64,000 bases of DNA from the IMG/VR virus record IMGVR_UViG_3300010348_001730, positions 1 through 64,000 of that record; one strand, written 5' to 3'. The position numbers were made by a program, and so were the translations under genes. Below the pieces are notes generated by a model that worked only from the letters and a program-made list of their open reading frames with translations, did not search any database and was not told the origin of the DNA. Numbering within the stretch: position 1 is the first letter of the stretch; the number at the start of each line of letters is the position of its first letter. Origin of the DNA: a virus (taxonomy: Duplodnaviria > Caudoviricetes). Shown here in pieces: positions 21,999 through 32,009 of the stretch.

Positions 21999-22667
21999 TT
22001 AAAAATCTATTGTATATTCTTTTCCGTTATTTTGTTCAAGAATATCATTAATTGTTTGGAATTTAAAATTCCACGCTCCAGGATTATAAGTATACTCTGA
22101 AGGATTTTCAAATGTTAAAAGATATTGTGTTCGTACATCAATTAAATCAATCAATTCACTTTTTTCATCCATACAAAAGATGATACCTGTATGATGATTT
22201 TGTATTGCATTAATTACTCCTACAATAAAATCTCTCCATTTTTCTTTATGACTTTTTTGAGTAGTTGTTGTTAAGCTTTCATTTAATAATAAAACCCCTT
22301 GATTCATTAAATATTCTAATGTGGAATCATGGACTATATTAAATCCGTTATAAAACTCATTTTCAATTTTAACTCTTAAAACTTCAGATGTAGGATGCAG
22401 ATCTATTTTTTTAACATTTGTATCAAAAGCTAAACCTCCTGAATAATCATCAAAAGGTTCATTTCCGATAAAAACCACTTTTAAATCATTAAAATCACAA
22501 TTGAAACATTTAAAAACATCTTTTTTTTCAGGATAAATTTTTATTTTATTAAATTTAAATTTTGATAATCCATATTGTGTATTTAAATAAGAAATTAAAT
22601 CATTAAAGTATTTTGAATCTAATAGTGATTTTAAAGGTTTCAACCACGTTTTAAACACTTCTTCCAT
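21999..22667 (-). CDS. Uracil-DNA glycosylase family protein (divergent active site)
   Basis: 'IYPEKKDVFKCF', 'LKVVFIGNEPF', 'GLAF', 'QGVLLLNESLT', 'H...W..F'. Confidence 0.8.
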   Translation of the reverse strand: MEEVFKTWLKPLKSLLDSKYFNDLISYLNTQYGLSKFKFNKIKIYPEKKDVFKCFNCDFNDLKVVFIGNEPFDDYSGGLAFDTNVKKIDLHPTSEVLRVKIENEFYNGFNIVHDSTLEYLMNQGVLLLNESLTTTTQKSHKEKWRDFIVGVINAIQNHHTGIIFCMDEKSELIDLIDVRTQYLLTFENPSEYTYNPGAWNFKFQTINDILEQNNGKEYTIDF

Positions 22668-24165
22668 TATTTCTAAATAATAAATCTGTTAAAGATTTTT
22701 CTTTCTTTTTTAAAAAAGAAATATTTTTTGAAAGTTTAATTTGCTCTTCTTCAAAAAAAGATCCTTTATTATTTGATTGCTTAGAAACTTCAATAAGTCG
22801 TTGATTTAACATATCTTTAAAAATAGAAGCCGTGTTTGTATAATTAGAAATAGTATATAAGTTTATATTTTTACTAACAGAAGGTGTTGTTAAAATTTTT
22901 GAAGTATAATTATTAACAAAATCTGTAATTACTAAACTTATTAATAAAAATAAAAACGCTTTTTCAAAATTATCAGGTACTGTAAAAATTCGATATTCAA
23001 TAGTTTTTTTATTTGTAAATATTAAAGGAATAATATTTAACCATTTATATCTTTCTTTCATATACCATTTTGCACTTTCTTGAGGATCTGACGGATGTGC
23101 TTGAATTTTGTCAAGTTCTACAAATTTTTCAAAATCTACATGATTTCCTGATAAAGCATAAACTATACTTTGATAATCTTCTTTTATTTTTTCAATACCA
23201 GTAGATTTAAAATTTAAAGAAGCCATTAATAAACTATCTAATGGCGCAGTATAACATTGTTTTTTAATACCATCGTTAACTCTTTTATATGAAGGAAATA
23301 ATTGAAAAATATTTTCTTGAAAATAATATCCAAATTTAAACATTGCCACAATAAATTCCATTGTTCTAGGAATACCTCCTACATGTACATGCATTGAACA
23401 AGTATAATTTGAATCAGTATATTTAATAATACTTTCAATAATTTCTTTAAAAGCAGCAACTCCTTTTTTACCATTTAAAGGAATTGTAACATATTCTAAT
23501 CCTGAAATTGAACCATCTCTAACAGGCATTACTCCTAAATTACGATAAACTGACATAGGAATTAATCCACGTGTTGTTTCTAACTCTATTCCAAAAGTAT
23601 ATTTATCAAATAAATGAGGTGCTATTTGATATAATAAATTACATTCTTCATCATTTTTTATTTTGAAAGATTTGTAATTTTCTGAAGCTTGTTCTTGTAA
23701 TGTTTTAAAATTATAAGGTAATAAGTTTTTAAGATTTGAATCAATAGCACGTCTAGGAAAAATTTGAGAATATGTAAAATAATCTGGATTATAAAAACAA
23801 TTACCTGGTCCTTCAATATAATTTAATTCTTGAGGAATATCTCTACTCATACAAAGAGCAGATTTAATTTCATTAATGTAAATATGTACTACAGGTGCTT
23901 CATTATTAAAACTTCCTACTTTAAAATTTTTATCTATAATTCCTTCTATTGTAGATGATTTTAAAACATATTTTTTTAAATAATGATCCCAAACAATTCT
24001 TTTTTTCTCTAAAGTGTAAAAAATATTATTAATTTGATAACAATCTCCTGAATCTTTTATTTCAGGATTACCAATTTTAAAATATCCATAAGTACCATCT
24101 TCTCTTTTAATTTTTCTGGCATCTTTTTTTAAAATTTCTTCTCCATTTATTGTTGTAACTTTCAT
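22651..24165 (-). CDS. Putative amidoligase (Amidoligase_2-like COOH-NH2 ligase)
   Basis: 'TFGIELET', 'RDGSISGLEYVTIPL', 'CSMHVHVG', 'RYKWLN', 'TIEYRIF'. Confidence 0.8.
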   Translation of the reverse strand: MKVTTINGEEILKKDARKIKREDGTYGYFKIGNPEIKDSGDCYQINNIFYTLEKKRIVWDHYLKKYVLKSSTIEGIIDKNFKVGSFNNEAPVVHIYINEIKSALCMSRDIPQELNYIEGPGNCFYNPDYFTYSQIFPRRAIDSNLKNLLPYNFKTLQEQASENYKSFKIKNDEECNLLYQIAPHLFDKYTFGIELETTRGLIPMSVYRNLGVMPVRDGSISGLEYVTIPLNGKKGVAAFKEIIESIIKYTDSNYTCSMHVHVGGIPRTMEFIVAMFKFGYYFQENIFQLFPSYKRVNDGIKKQCYTAPLDSLLMASLNFKSTGIEKIKEDYQSIVYALSGNHVDFEKFVELDKIQAHPSDPQESAKWYMKERYKWLNIIPLIFTNKKTIEYRIFTVPDNFEKAFLFLLISLVITDFVNNYTSKILTTPSVSKNINLYTISNYTNTASIFKDMLNQRLIEVSKQSNNKGSFFEEEQIKLSKNISFLKKKEKSLTDLLFRNNGRSV

Positions 24166-24167
24166 AT

Positions 24168-25919
24168 TCAGAATTTTAATTTATCATTAATAAATTGTTT
24201 AATAGATTCTAAAGCTGTTTTTATCTTATTTTGAGTAGCAACATCTTCAAAACTTTCATCTGTGTCGTCAATACAATAATCAACTGTAGCAATAATATTT
24301 TCATTATATAATTCTATAGCTGTATCATCATTAGACTTTTCTTTTTTAGTTTCTTGTTTAATATTATTTTCAGAAATTTTATTAAAAATTTCAAGATCTT
24401 CAGGAAGATAATACTTTTTATTTACATCAAAAGATAAATCTTTTTTTTCAATTGAAAAACTAAATCCATTTCTTAATTTAATAACATCTCTACCAATAAA
24501 ACTACAAAAACCTAATTCAGCGACACTTCCTCTAAAATAAGCTTTTGAATTAACATTTGAAATATCTCTTACAGGATAAACACTTGCTTCACTTATACCA
24601 GAATAATCAAAAAGTTCATAATTATCTTTTACAGGATTATAATCAGACATAGATCTTAAAAGAATTCCTTTTACAAAAGGTAAGATTATTTTATGTTTTA
24701 AATTTTCTAAATGATTATCTTCAATTATTCTTGTAAAACATGCATCAAAAGAAGTTAAATAATTACAAATATGAATTAAATTCATATTATTATCTAATAA
24801 ATAAACACCTTCCAATAATTCTTTATTTTTCCAAAATCTTAAATTTTCAAAATAAATTTCTCCTTTATTTACAAATTCTTTATGTTTTTCTTCAAACCAG
24901 TTTTTATGTTCAGAAAGACTATTTAAGTTTATTTTTTCTAAATTTAAAGATGATTTTTTAGAATTTTCATTTTTAGTAACCCATCTTCTAGTTTCTGGAT
25001 CCCATCTAGATGCTCCTGAAGGAATATTATTTACAGGTGCAATATAGATTTTATTTTGCATTACGTTACTACGATTAATAAAAGTTTTTTTAGCAGATAA
25101 AAAATCTCCATTTTTTATATCGTAAACAACATTACAATCTAATGCTTTAATTAACCCTTCATTATCATTAATTGCTTCTAAAGATTCTTTTATTGAAGAA
25201 TAATATAATAAATTAGGTTCTGCTTGATAAATGAAAAGAGGTCTTTCTTCAGTTAATTCTTTATCATATTGAAATTTTTTAGAAGCACCATGATAAAGAT
25301 AAAGATTATTTTTTCTTTTAGTATTATACATTGCTAAAGCAGCTGCTCCTTCATATTCTTCTAATACATTGAAATTTGCATTTTTATAAATAATTTCTAA
25401 AAGAATTTCAGAATCAATTTTAGTTCTATTAAAAAATCCAGAACCATTATAAATTTTTTCTTCTTTTGTAACACTTACTCCGTATTTTTTTGCTAAATCT
25501 AAATGATTAAATAATGTACCATTATGTGTTCCAATAAAATGATAAAAAGATTTATTTTCACCAAAACCAAAAGGATGTGCATTATATTCATCGTGTGTCC
25601 CACCAGTAGCCATTCTAGTATGTCCTAAAACAACAGGTAAAATTTCAGGAGCTCCAATATTGCAATCTGAAATTAAATCTTTGAATAATTTTTGTTTATT
25701 TGTACCATAAATAATGTCTCCGTCTAAAGTTATTCCACAAGAATGGCCTCCTCTAGAATCATTATAAATACCTAATATTTTTAATTTATCGATATTAATT
25801 TTACTAATATCGTCAGTAGCTACGCCAAATAATCCGCAGCTAAAAATTGTGTATTTAGGTTTAAACAATAAGTTATAACCTAATTGTAATAATCCAAAGA
25901 TTAAAATTGTGTTTATCAT
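24168..25919 (-). CDS. Class II (Ntn) glutamine amidotransferase with N-terminal leader
   Basis: 'CGLFG', 'RGGHSCG', 'GHTRMAT', 'NAHPF', 'HNGTL', 'DSE', 'ERPL'. Confidence 0.85.
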   Translation of the reverse strand: MINTILIFGLLQLGYNLLFKPKYTIFSCGLFGVATDDISKINIDKLKILGIYNDSRGGHSCGITLDGDIIYGTNKQKLFKDLISDCNIGAPEILPVVLGHTRMATGGTHDEYNAHPFGFGENKSFYHFIGTHNGTLFNHLDLAKKYGVSVTKEEKIYNGSGFFNRTKIDSEILLEIIYKNANFNVLEEYEGAAALAMYNTKRKNNLYLYHGASKKFQYDKELTEERPLFIYQAEPNLLYYSSIKESLEAINDNEGLIKALDCNVVYDIKNGDFLSAKKTFINRSNVMQNKIYIAPVNNIPSGASRWDPETRRWVTKNENSKKSSLNLEKINLNSLSEHKNWFEEKHKEFVNKGEIYFENLRFWKNKELLEGVYLLDNNMNLIHICNYLTSFDACFTRIIEDNHLENLKHKIILPFVKGILLRSMSDYNPVKDNYELFDYSGISEASVYPVRDISNVNSKAYFRGSVAELGFCSFIGRDVIKLRNGFSFSIEKKDLSFDVNKKYYLPEDLEIFNKISENNIKQETKKEKSNDDTAIELYNENIIATVDYCIDDTDESFEDVATQNKIKTALESIKQFINDKLKF

Positions 25920-25930
25920 TTTATTTCTGT

Positions 25931-26713
25931 TTATTCTTTATTTGTATTGATTAATTCTTTTATAATTTTAAATTCTTGTTTTGAAACTCTTTCTCCTTGA
26001 TTAAATTGTGTAATAGTATCTTGAACACAGTCCCATACTTTTTTAAGACTTAATTCATCTTTTAATAATGAACTACCTAAAGATCTACATTCTAAACCAT
26101 AAGGTTTAAGTCTATATTCTCCAGATTTACCATAAAATTTTCTTCTATTATGAGGATCATATTCCTCATTCATTAATTTTAAAGTAACATTTTTTTCAAA
26201 AAGTTTAACAATTTCTCTACTTATTTCAGGAGAATGATTATCATAACCAAAATGAATATGAAATCCTCCAACTCTAATAGTACTAAATTGTTTTTCAACA
26301 ATTGACTGTTCAAAATCAATATCAGGAATTACATCTCCTTCATCATTATAATCTACAATTAATACAGGATCACATCCAAATTCTAGAGCTTTCTGATTTA
26401 AAAGAAGTCTTTGAGGAGCTATTTCACTACAACTATAATGTAAATCTAAATGAGGATAATTTTCAAGAATATAATGTTTAATATATGAAATATATTTAAA
26501 AAAATCTTCAAAAGAAGTTACTGGAGGAATATTTGCTTCAACTAAAATGTTATCTTCTTGAATATAACATAAATTACCAATATATTTTGGTTCTTTTTTA
26601 GTTCCTCCAAAAACACCAATTGCTGATTCTAATTCACCAGTAGTTTTATTTTTTAAAAATAATTCTAAATCACTACCAATAGTAACATTTTGTAATTTAA
26701 AGTGTTTTTTCAT
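25931..26713 (-). CDS. phiEco32-like COOH-NH2 ligase type 2
   Basis: 'TIGSDLELFL', 'EDNILVEANIPP', 'FGCDP', 'GGFHIHFG', 'RRKFYGKSGEYRLKPYGLECRSL'. Confidence 0.85.
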   Translation of the reverse strand: MKKHFKLQNVTIGSDLELFLKNKTTGELESAIGVFGGTKKEPKYIGNLCYIQEDNILVEANIPPVTSFEDFFKYISYIKHYILENYPHLDLHYSCSEIAPQRLLLNQKALEFGCDPVLIVDYNDEGDVIPDIDFEQSIVEKQFSTIRVGGFHIHFGYDNHSPEISREIVKLFEKNVTLKLMNEEYDPHNRRKFYGKSGEYRLKPYGLECRSLGSSLLKDELSLKKVWDCVQDTITQFNQGERVSKQEFKIIKELINTNKE

Positions 26714-27737
26714 AAGCTTTTAAATCAAGGGTTCTATTATTTAAATCTGTAAAAAAAGCTGAACAATTTTTTCCAAATTGAGATTCTACAAATGTTTTCA
26801 TTTCTCCTCTTTCTCCAACCCAGTGTGAATTAGGATCATATGAAGAAACATATTTAGGATCATTTATCAATGAAAATAATTTTAAATAACGTTTTTTTTC
26901 AAATAAATGCATTAAATAAATAATATTTAATTTCATTGAATTCGTAGAAAAAGAGTTATTTTGATTTTGATTTCTTGAAATAGAATCTATAAATTCAGAA
27001 AAAGATCTTGCTTTTGGAGATAAATAATTAATAAAAAAAGGAGATCTGTAATAATAAAGCATACCTGTAGAAGAATCAGATTTATTATGATAATCATTAT
27101 CTTGATTACCAAATCTAGCAATATTTAAAATATCCCAATTAGATAAATGACTTAAAGATTTTAATTTTCTTAATCTTAAAGTATCATATACCATAAAAAA
27201 ATATACAGGAGAACCGATATATCTTATTAAAGACAATAAAAATAAATTTTTATATGAATATCCTACTGAAGTATCTTTTTTGATAGCAAAATAAACATGT
27301 TTTTTATTAAAAGAAAAACTAATATTTTTTTCTTGCCAAAATTCAGGAATTAAAAGTGTTTCTTTATCATGATGTAACAAATATATTTCTGAAAAAGGAA
27401 AAGTTTCATTTATAAAATCAACCCATTGTTTCAAATAAGACAAAGATCTATATTTTGAAGGTAATGTTGTTAAAGAATATCTAACAAACATCCATTCATA
27501 TTTAGGATAACGATTACCTTGATAAAATTTAGAATTCATACTATGTGTACAACATCCATTAGCTTCATAATGTGAATCAGCTACAATTTTATTTGATGTA
27601 TAGTTATATTCTGAAAAAGTAAGATATGTTGAAGTGTTTGTCGTAATATTTTCTTTTTTGTTGTGTATTTTGCTAAAAATTCTTTTATTTATCGTTCCCA
27701 TTTTCCTGATTCTATTTTGTTTTTTAATCCGTACCAA
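26697..27737 (-). CDS. Hypothetical protein within the amidoligase cluster
   Basis: 346 aa ORF; real start may be the downstream ATG (MGTINK). Confidence 0.55.
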   Translation of the reverse strand: MVRIKKQNRIRKMGTINKRIFSKIHNKKENITTNTSTYLTFSEYNYTSNKIVADSHYEANGCCTHSMNSKFYQGNRYPKYEWMFVRYSLTTLPSKYRSLSYLKQWVDFINETFPFSEIYLLHHDKETLLIPEFWQEKNISFSFNKKHVYFAIKKDTSVGYSYKNLFLLSLIRYIGSPVYFFMVYDTLRLRKLKSLSHLSNWDILNIARFGNQDNDYHNKSDSSTGMLYYYRSPFFINYLSPKARSFSEFIDSISRNQNQNNSFSTNSMKLNIIYLMHLFEKKRYLKLFSLINDPKYVSSYDPNSHWVGERGEMKTFVESQFGKNCSAFFTDLNNRTLDLKAYEKTL

Positions 27738-28075
27738 TTGTTAATTAAATAAATATTTGCGTTTTTATCGCCAATAGTTATTATTTTTTTATCATAAAGT
27801 CCGTTTTCTGGATTTTGTTTATTATATCCTTCCAACATGTCTAATCTTTTTTTAGTTTCTTCATCAGAAACTGCCCATATTTCACCATGAATAGATGTGT
27901 TTCCATTCTCAGTTACTCCAGGAAATCCTCCTAAATGATAAAGATTATATTTAGGTTCTGTAACAGCTTCTTCAATAAATTTTGCTGTTGGAGAATTTTG
28001 AAATATTCTATTATTTCCATATCCTCTTTTTAATGTTCCATATACAAAGTAATATTCGGTATTTTCAGTATTCAT
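27689..28075 (-). CDS. Gamma-glutamylcyclotransferase (AIG2-like)
   Basis: 'FVYGTLKRG', 'FPG', 'GEIW', 'LDMLEG'. Confidence 0.9.
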   Translation of the reverse strand: MNTENTEYYFVYGTLKRGYGNNRIFQNSPTAKFIEEAVTEPKYNLYHLGGFPGVTENGNTSIHGEIWAVSDEETKKRLDMLEGYNKQNPENGLYDKKIITIGDKNANIYLINNWYGLKNKIESGKWER

Positions 28076-28089
28076 TTTTATTTATTTTA

Positions 28090-29121
28090 TTAAAAAGGAA
28101 GTGTATCACTAATTAATTCGTAAAGCACTTCACAAGCTTTTTTTTTACCATGATTAAGAATAAGATCACTAAAATCTTTAGATTCTAAATCTTCAGGAAT
28201 TTCAATTTGAAAAAGATTATATTCATCTGACAATTTTTGTCCAAACTCTCTACCCCAATTAACAGGTTTATCAAAATCATTATCATATAAAACATAAATT
28301 GTTTCAAAACGATTTTTTAATTCATCCATTACTTGTTGTTTTGGTAAAATCTTTTCATTTTGTAATCCTGCTACAGGAATACCTGTATTTTCATAAATAG
28401 ACATTATGTCTTTTCTAGATTTTGTAATAATTAAATTTTTACCTTTTTCAGGTAATTGTGTCCAACCATACCATACTGATGAATTATGATTTTTCATCCA
28501 TTTTTGATTATTGTAAGGTTGATATACAGTAATTGTCTTTTCATTATCTTTATATTCTACAAAAACATATGCGTATTTATCTAATTTAAATATTTTTTCA
28601 CCAACCATTGCATATTCTGCAGGAAAAACATTATATTTTTCTAATGTTGATAAAGTAATACCAAATTGTTTCCAAAATTGTAAATCATGTTCTTGCCAAG
28701 ATCTTATTTTAGCACTAAGATAAACTTCTTTTTTAAATTTTTTTATTTCATTTTCAGTACTTTTTAAAAATTTTTTATTTTCTTTTATTATTTTTTTATC
28801 TAAATCATAAAGATGAAAGTGTTCTTGTAAATCTAGATCAATTACAATTTTATTACACGCTTCACGATAATTTAAATTATATTTATACATGACAAACAAA
28901 ATAAAATTACCTCCTCCTAAAACATAGTCGTTATAATATAATTTGTTTGTGATAGAATTGTATCCAATATTAAAAGAAGCATAATCATCTTTTCTAAAAG
29001 GAGAACTAAAAGATTTTCCAATTTTAAAATCTCCAATATAATATTTAAAAATATCGTAATCTGAAACGTGTTTTAATAAATTTTCTTCATTTATAAATGT
29101 TTTTATTTTAAAATTATACAT
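28090..29121 (-). CDS. DNA primase (crAss-type, TOPRIM)
   Basis: 'SPFRKDDYASF', 'IITKSRKD', 'YDND', 'KDFSD'. Confidence 0.85.
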   Translation of the reverse strand: MYNFKIKTFINEENLLKHVSDYDIFKYYIGDFKIGKSFSSPFRKDDYASFNIGYNSITNKLYYNDYVLGGGNFILFVMYKYNLNYREACNKIVIDLDLQEHFHLYDLDKKIIKENKKFLKSTENEIKKFKKEVYLSAKIRSWQEHDLQFWKQFGITLSTLEKYNVFPAEYAMVGEKIFKLDKYAYVFVEYKDNEKTITVYQPYNNQKWMKNHNSSVWYGWTQLPEKGKNLIITKSRKDIMSIYENTGIPVAGLQNEKILPKQQVMDELKNRFETIYVLYDNDFDKPVNWGREFGQKLSDEYNLFQIEIPEDLESKDFSDLILNHGKKKACEVLYELISDTLPF

Positions 29122-29338
29122 TTGAAAACTGTTCTAATATTTGAATTAAAAGATTAAGTGTTAATTCATCACTATCTATTTTATTTAAAAAATTATTTTT
29201 TTCAACTTCTGTTAAAAATCCAGAATTAAATAATCTATGAGATTCATAAAAAATATACATTTGTTTAAAACGAAAACTTCTTTTATGTTCAGAATTATCT
29301 TTAATTCTTTTAAACGGAGTATTTTTAATATTTTCCAA
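29114..29338 (-). CDS. Hypothetical protein (weak member of the shared C-terminal motif family)
   Basis: 74 aa; ends 'KIDSDELTLNLLIQILEQ'. Confidence 0.45.
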   Translation of the reverse strand: MENIKNTPFKRIKDNSEHKRSFRFKQMYIFYESHRLFNSGFLTEVEKNNFLNKIDSDELTLNLLIQILEQFSNV

Positions 29339-29341
29339 AAT

Positions 29342-29625
29342 TTAATTATTATTTAATCGTTCAAGTATAATTTGTTTTGCTAATTCAACATTTTCAAATA
29401 AATCAGATTCTATAAGTAAATTAATTTTAGAAATTTCATTTTCTGAAAAATAAATATTATGTCCTAATTCATCATAATATTTTAATTGAGCCAAAAGATT
29501 AACAATCTCATATTTTGTGTTGAATGCATATAATTAAAATCTAAAACAATTAGGTAAGGCATAAATTTATTTTGATTATTTCTTTTAGCTTTATCGTAAG
29601 CTTCTGAAAATACATCTATTTTCAT
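29342..29625 (-). pseudogene. Frameshifted small ORF of the shared C-terminal motif family
   Basis: ATG at 29625 (MKIDVFSEAY...) and a second frame ending 'LLIESDLFENVELAKQIILERLNNN*' at 29342; span is 284 nt, one short of a multiple of 3, break near 29535. Confidence 0.55.
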
Positions 29626-29633
29626 AATAAAAT

Positions 29634-29657
29634 AAAAAAGGGAGCCGAAGCTCCCTT
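29634..29657 (-). terminator. Rho-independent terminator
   Basis: AAGGGAGC-TTCG-GCTCCCTTTTTT on the - strand. Confidence 0.85.
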
Positions 29658-29665
29658 AATTAATA

Positions 29666-30250
29666 TTATACCCAACCAGTTAATGCTGGATCTGAACTTG
29701 TAGTAGAATTAACATTTGAATCAATTCTTTCAATTTGATCTAAATTACTAGCAGTAAGTTTAGAATTTTCTTCAGATGCTTTTTCAATAAATGGTGTCCA
29801 AGATCTAACTTGTAAATATTTTTTAGGATTAGATTTTGTTCCATAATTTGCAAAAACATTAAATGATTTACCTAAAACCGCATTTTTCAAAAGCATTGCC
29901 ATTTTATCAACCATTTCTTGAGGTGAAGCTGCTTGAACTGTAGGGTCACCATCTGCTGCAACAATAATTGAAGCAAATTTATTCCATTGTTTTTCAACAG
30001 CTTTTTCAAAAGGTCCATATTGAGCATTATGTGTCTTTTCATTTAAATAATACACACCATCATTAGTACTAGCTCCTTTTGAATCAGTATAAGTGATTTG
30101 ATAATCAGGTTTATTTTTACCTTCATCCTGATAATCTACTCCTTTTTTAGCAATTGATACAGTTACATTTTCTACACGACCTGCAACTCCATCATTAAAG
30201 ATTAATACTCCATTTCCTTCTTTTACGTTTTCTTTTCCGAATGTAAACAT
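29666..30250 (-). CDS. Hypothetical protein, possibly ssDNA-binding protein
   Basis: 194 aa, next to the Sak4-like ATPase, flexible C-terminal tail ending in W-V; function inferred from position only. Confidence 0.45.
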   Translation of the reverse strand: MFTFGKENVKEGNGVLIFNDGVAGRVENVTVSIAKKGVDYQDEGKNKPDYQITYTDSKGASTNDGVYYLNEKTHNAQYGPFEKAVEKQWNKFASIIVAADGDPTVQAASPQEMVDKMAMLLKNAVLGKSFNVFANYGTKSNPKKYLQVRSWTPFIEKASEENSKLTASNLDQIERIDSNVNSTTSSDPALTGWV

Positions 30251-30309
30251 ATTAATTATTTTATATTTAAGTTATTAATTGATTTGACTTTTATTTAGAA
30301 GTCTAACTA

Positions 30310-31074
30310 TTATTCATTAATAAATATTTGTGACCAATCTATAGAAATTTTTCCATCAAAATCACTTTCAGCAATAACGATTTGTTTACCTCTTAAATGC
30401 TCTGATCTAGCACCAACAATTGCTGATTCTGATGGAGCAAAATTAAGAATAGTTTTATTTTCATGTCGATATAAATACGCTATTGCATCAGCATCAGCAC
30501 AAACCATTGAAGGTATTCTTCCTGTTAAATCTAATGATTTTTCATCAATTTCTCCATCTTCAGTAGTAATATTTTTTCTTTTAACATGTCCTACCAAGAT
30601 TAATGTATCACATACTTTTTCAAATTGATTAATTACAAAGAAAAAAGCATCTCTAACATAAGTATATCCTGCACCCATAGGAAGTTTTCTAACATCATTT
30701 CCCATCCAATTTGATCCCATTGGAGTTTGACGATACATATCTGCTGCTAATGGAAGAAGAATATCTTCTAATACTGTTACAGTATCTAAAGATATATATT
30801 TATAAGGATTTTTACCTATTTTAGATTTTACTTCATTGAGTTCTTTTATAATTTGTTTTACAACATCTAAAGAATGAACTCCTTGTTCTTCAGCTTGTTT
30901 AGGTACATTTATTTTTAAACCTTCAACAAAATCAGAACCACCTTCCAAATCTACAATTAAATTGTTTTCAAGATTTGCTAAACAAGTGGTTTTACCTGAT
31001 TTAGGTTGACTAAAAATTATTAATTTTTTTGGGTTTTTTCTACTTGCCCCTATTTTTTTTTGAGGTAATATCAT
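30310..31074 (-). CDS. AAA_24/Sak4-like P-loop ATPase (single-strand annealing)
   Basis: 'SQPKSGKTT', 'DLEGGS', 'LDTVTVLED', 'GAGY', 'LVGH'. Confidence 0.8.
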   Translation of the reverse strand: MILPQKKIGASRKNPKKLIIFSQPKSGKTTCLANLENNLIVDLEGGSDFVEGLKINVPKQAEEQGVHSLDVVKQIIKELNEVKSKIGKNPYKYISLDTVTVLEDILLPLAADMYRQTPMGSNWMGNDVRKLPMGAGYTYVRDAFFFVINQFEKVCDTLILVGHVKRKNITTEDGEIDEKSLDLTGRIPSMVCADADAIAYLYRHENKTILNFAPSESAIVGARSEHLRGKQIVIAESDFDGKISIDWSQIFINE

Positions 31075-31091
31075 TAATTTTATTTTTACTA

Positions 31092-32009
31092 TTAAATTTC
31101 ACATCCTGCACCACTACACGCAGCTTCTCCACTAAGATTAGTATTATCTTGTAATTCAATTACTTTAGATAAATCTACATCTTTTAATACAGACATCATT
31201 TTTTCATAAGTTTCTTCACTACAATCTTCAAATGGAGTTTGTTGATATGTACCACCATTATAAGGTAATACACTAAGACCATTATAATAATCTTTATTTA
31301 CCCACATCCATTCACCAACAATTTTCCATTCATCTGGTCTAACAGAAACAGTACAAGATACATTATGTGTGTTTTGTCCTCTTACATGTCCATTTTTTAC
31401 CCAGTTTTTAGAAATAAATTTAACTCTTTCAAGTAAATCTAATGTTGATTCATGTCTTGTTATAGCTCCTTCTGGAGCTTTTTGTGGAACAGAAATTACA
31501 GATTGAGTATTAGGACTAAAATATTCATCTTCAAGCAATTCAGGATGATATATTGCTAAATATGAATATATCGCTTCATTTTTTCCTAAGCGCATTCTAC
31601 GAATATAATAATCATTATGCCATGCATGTATACCTGAAGAAGTACCAAGCACAAGACTAGTAGTTCCTGCGGGTTTAACTGCGGTAGTTCTGGCTGCAGC
31701 ATTAATACCAATTATTTCTGCTAAATTTACATTTTCACTTTTGACAATTTCAGAAGCTTGTTCATAATCTAATTGTAAATTACTTTCAGAAGCAATACCA
31801 GTCATAGAAACACCTAATAAGGCATCTTTTTCAGTATTTTTTCTCCAAATGTCTCTTAAATAGTGAAAATCAGTATAACTTGCTTGTAATGTTGCAATAA
31901 AAGATGCAGCTCTAGCTCTATTATTTAAATCATTTTGATCTAATATATCAGACATATTTATTTCCACAAGATTACAAAACTGATATGGTCTTAAAGCAAT
32001 TTCACAACA
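31092..32009 (-). CDS. nrdJ: Class II ribonucleotide reductase, exon 3
   Basis: 'CCEIALRPYQFCNLVE', 'VKPAGTTS', 'SSGIH', C-terminal 'ACSGAGCEI'. Confidence 0.9.
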   Translation of the reverse strand, partial: CCEIALRPYQFCNLVEINMSDILDQNDLNNRARAASFIATLQASYTDFHYLRDIWRKNTEKDALLGVSMTGIASESNLQLDYEQASEIVKSENVNLAEIIGINAAARTTAVKPAGTTSLVLGTSSGIHAWHNDYYIRRMRLGKNEAIYSYLAIYHPELLEDEYFSPNTQSVISVPQKAPEGAITRHESTLDLLERVKFISKNWVKNGHVRGQNTHNVSCTVSVRPDEWKIVGEWMWVNKDYYNGLSVLPYNGGTYQQTPFEDCSEETYEKMMSVLKDVDLSKVIELQDNTNLSGEAACSGAGCEI

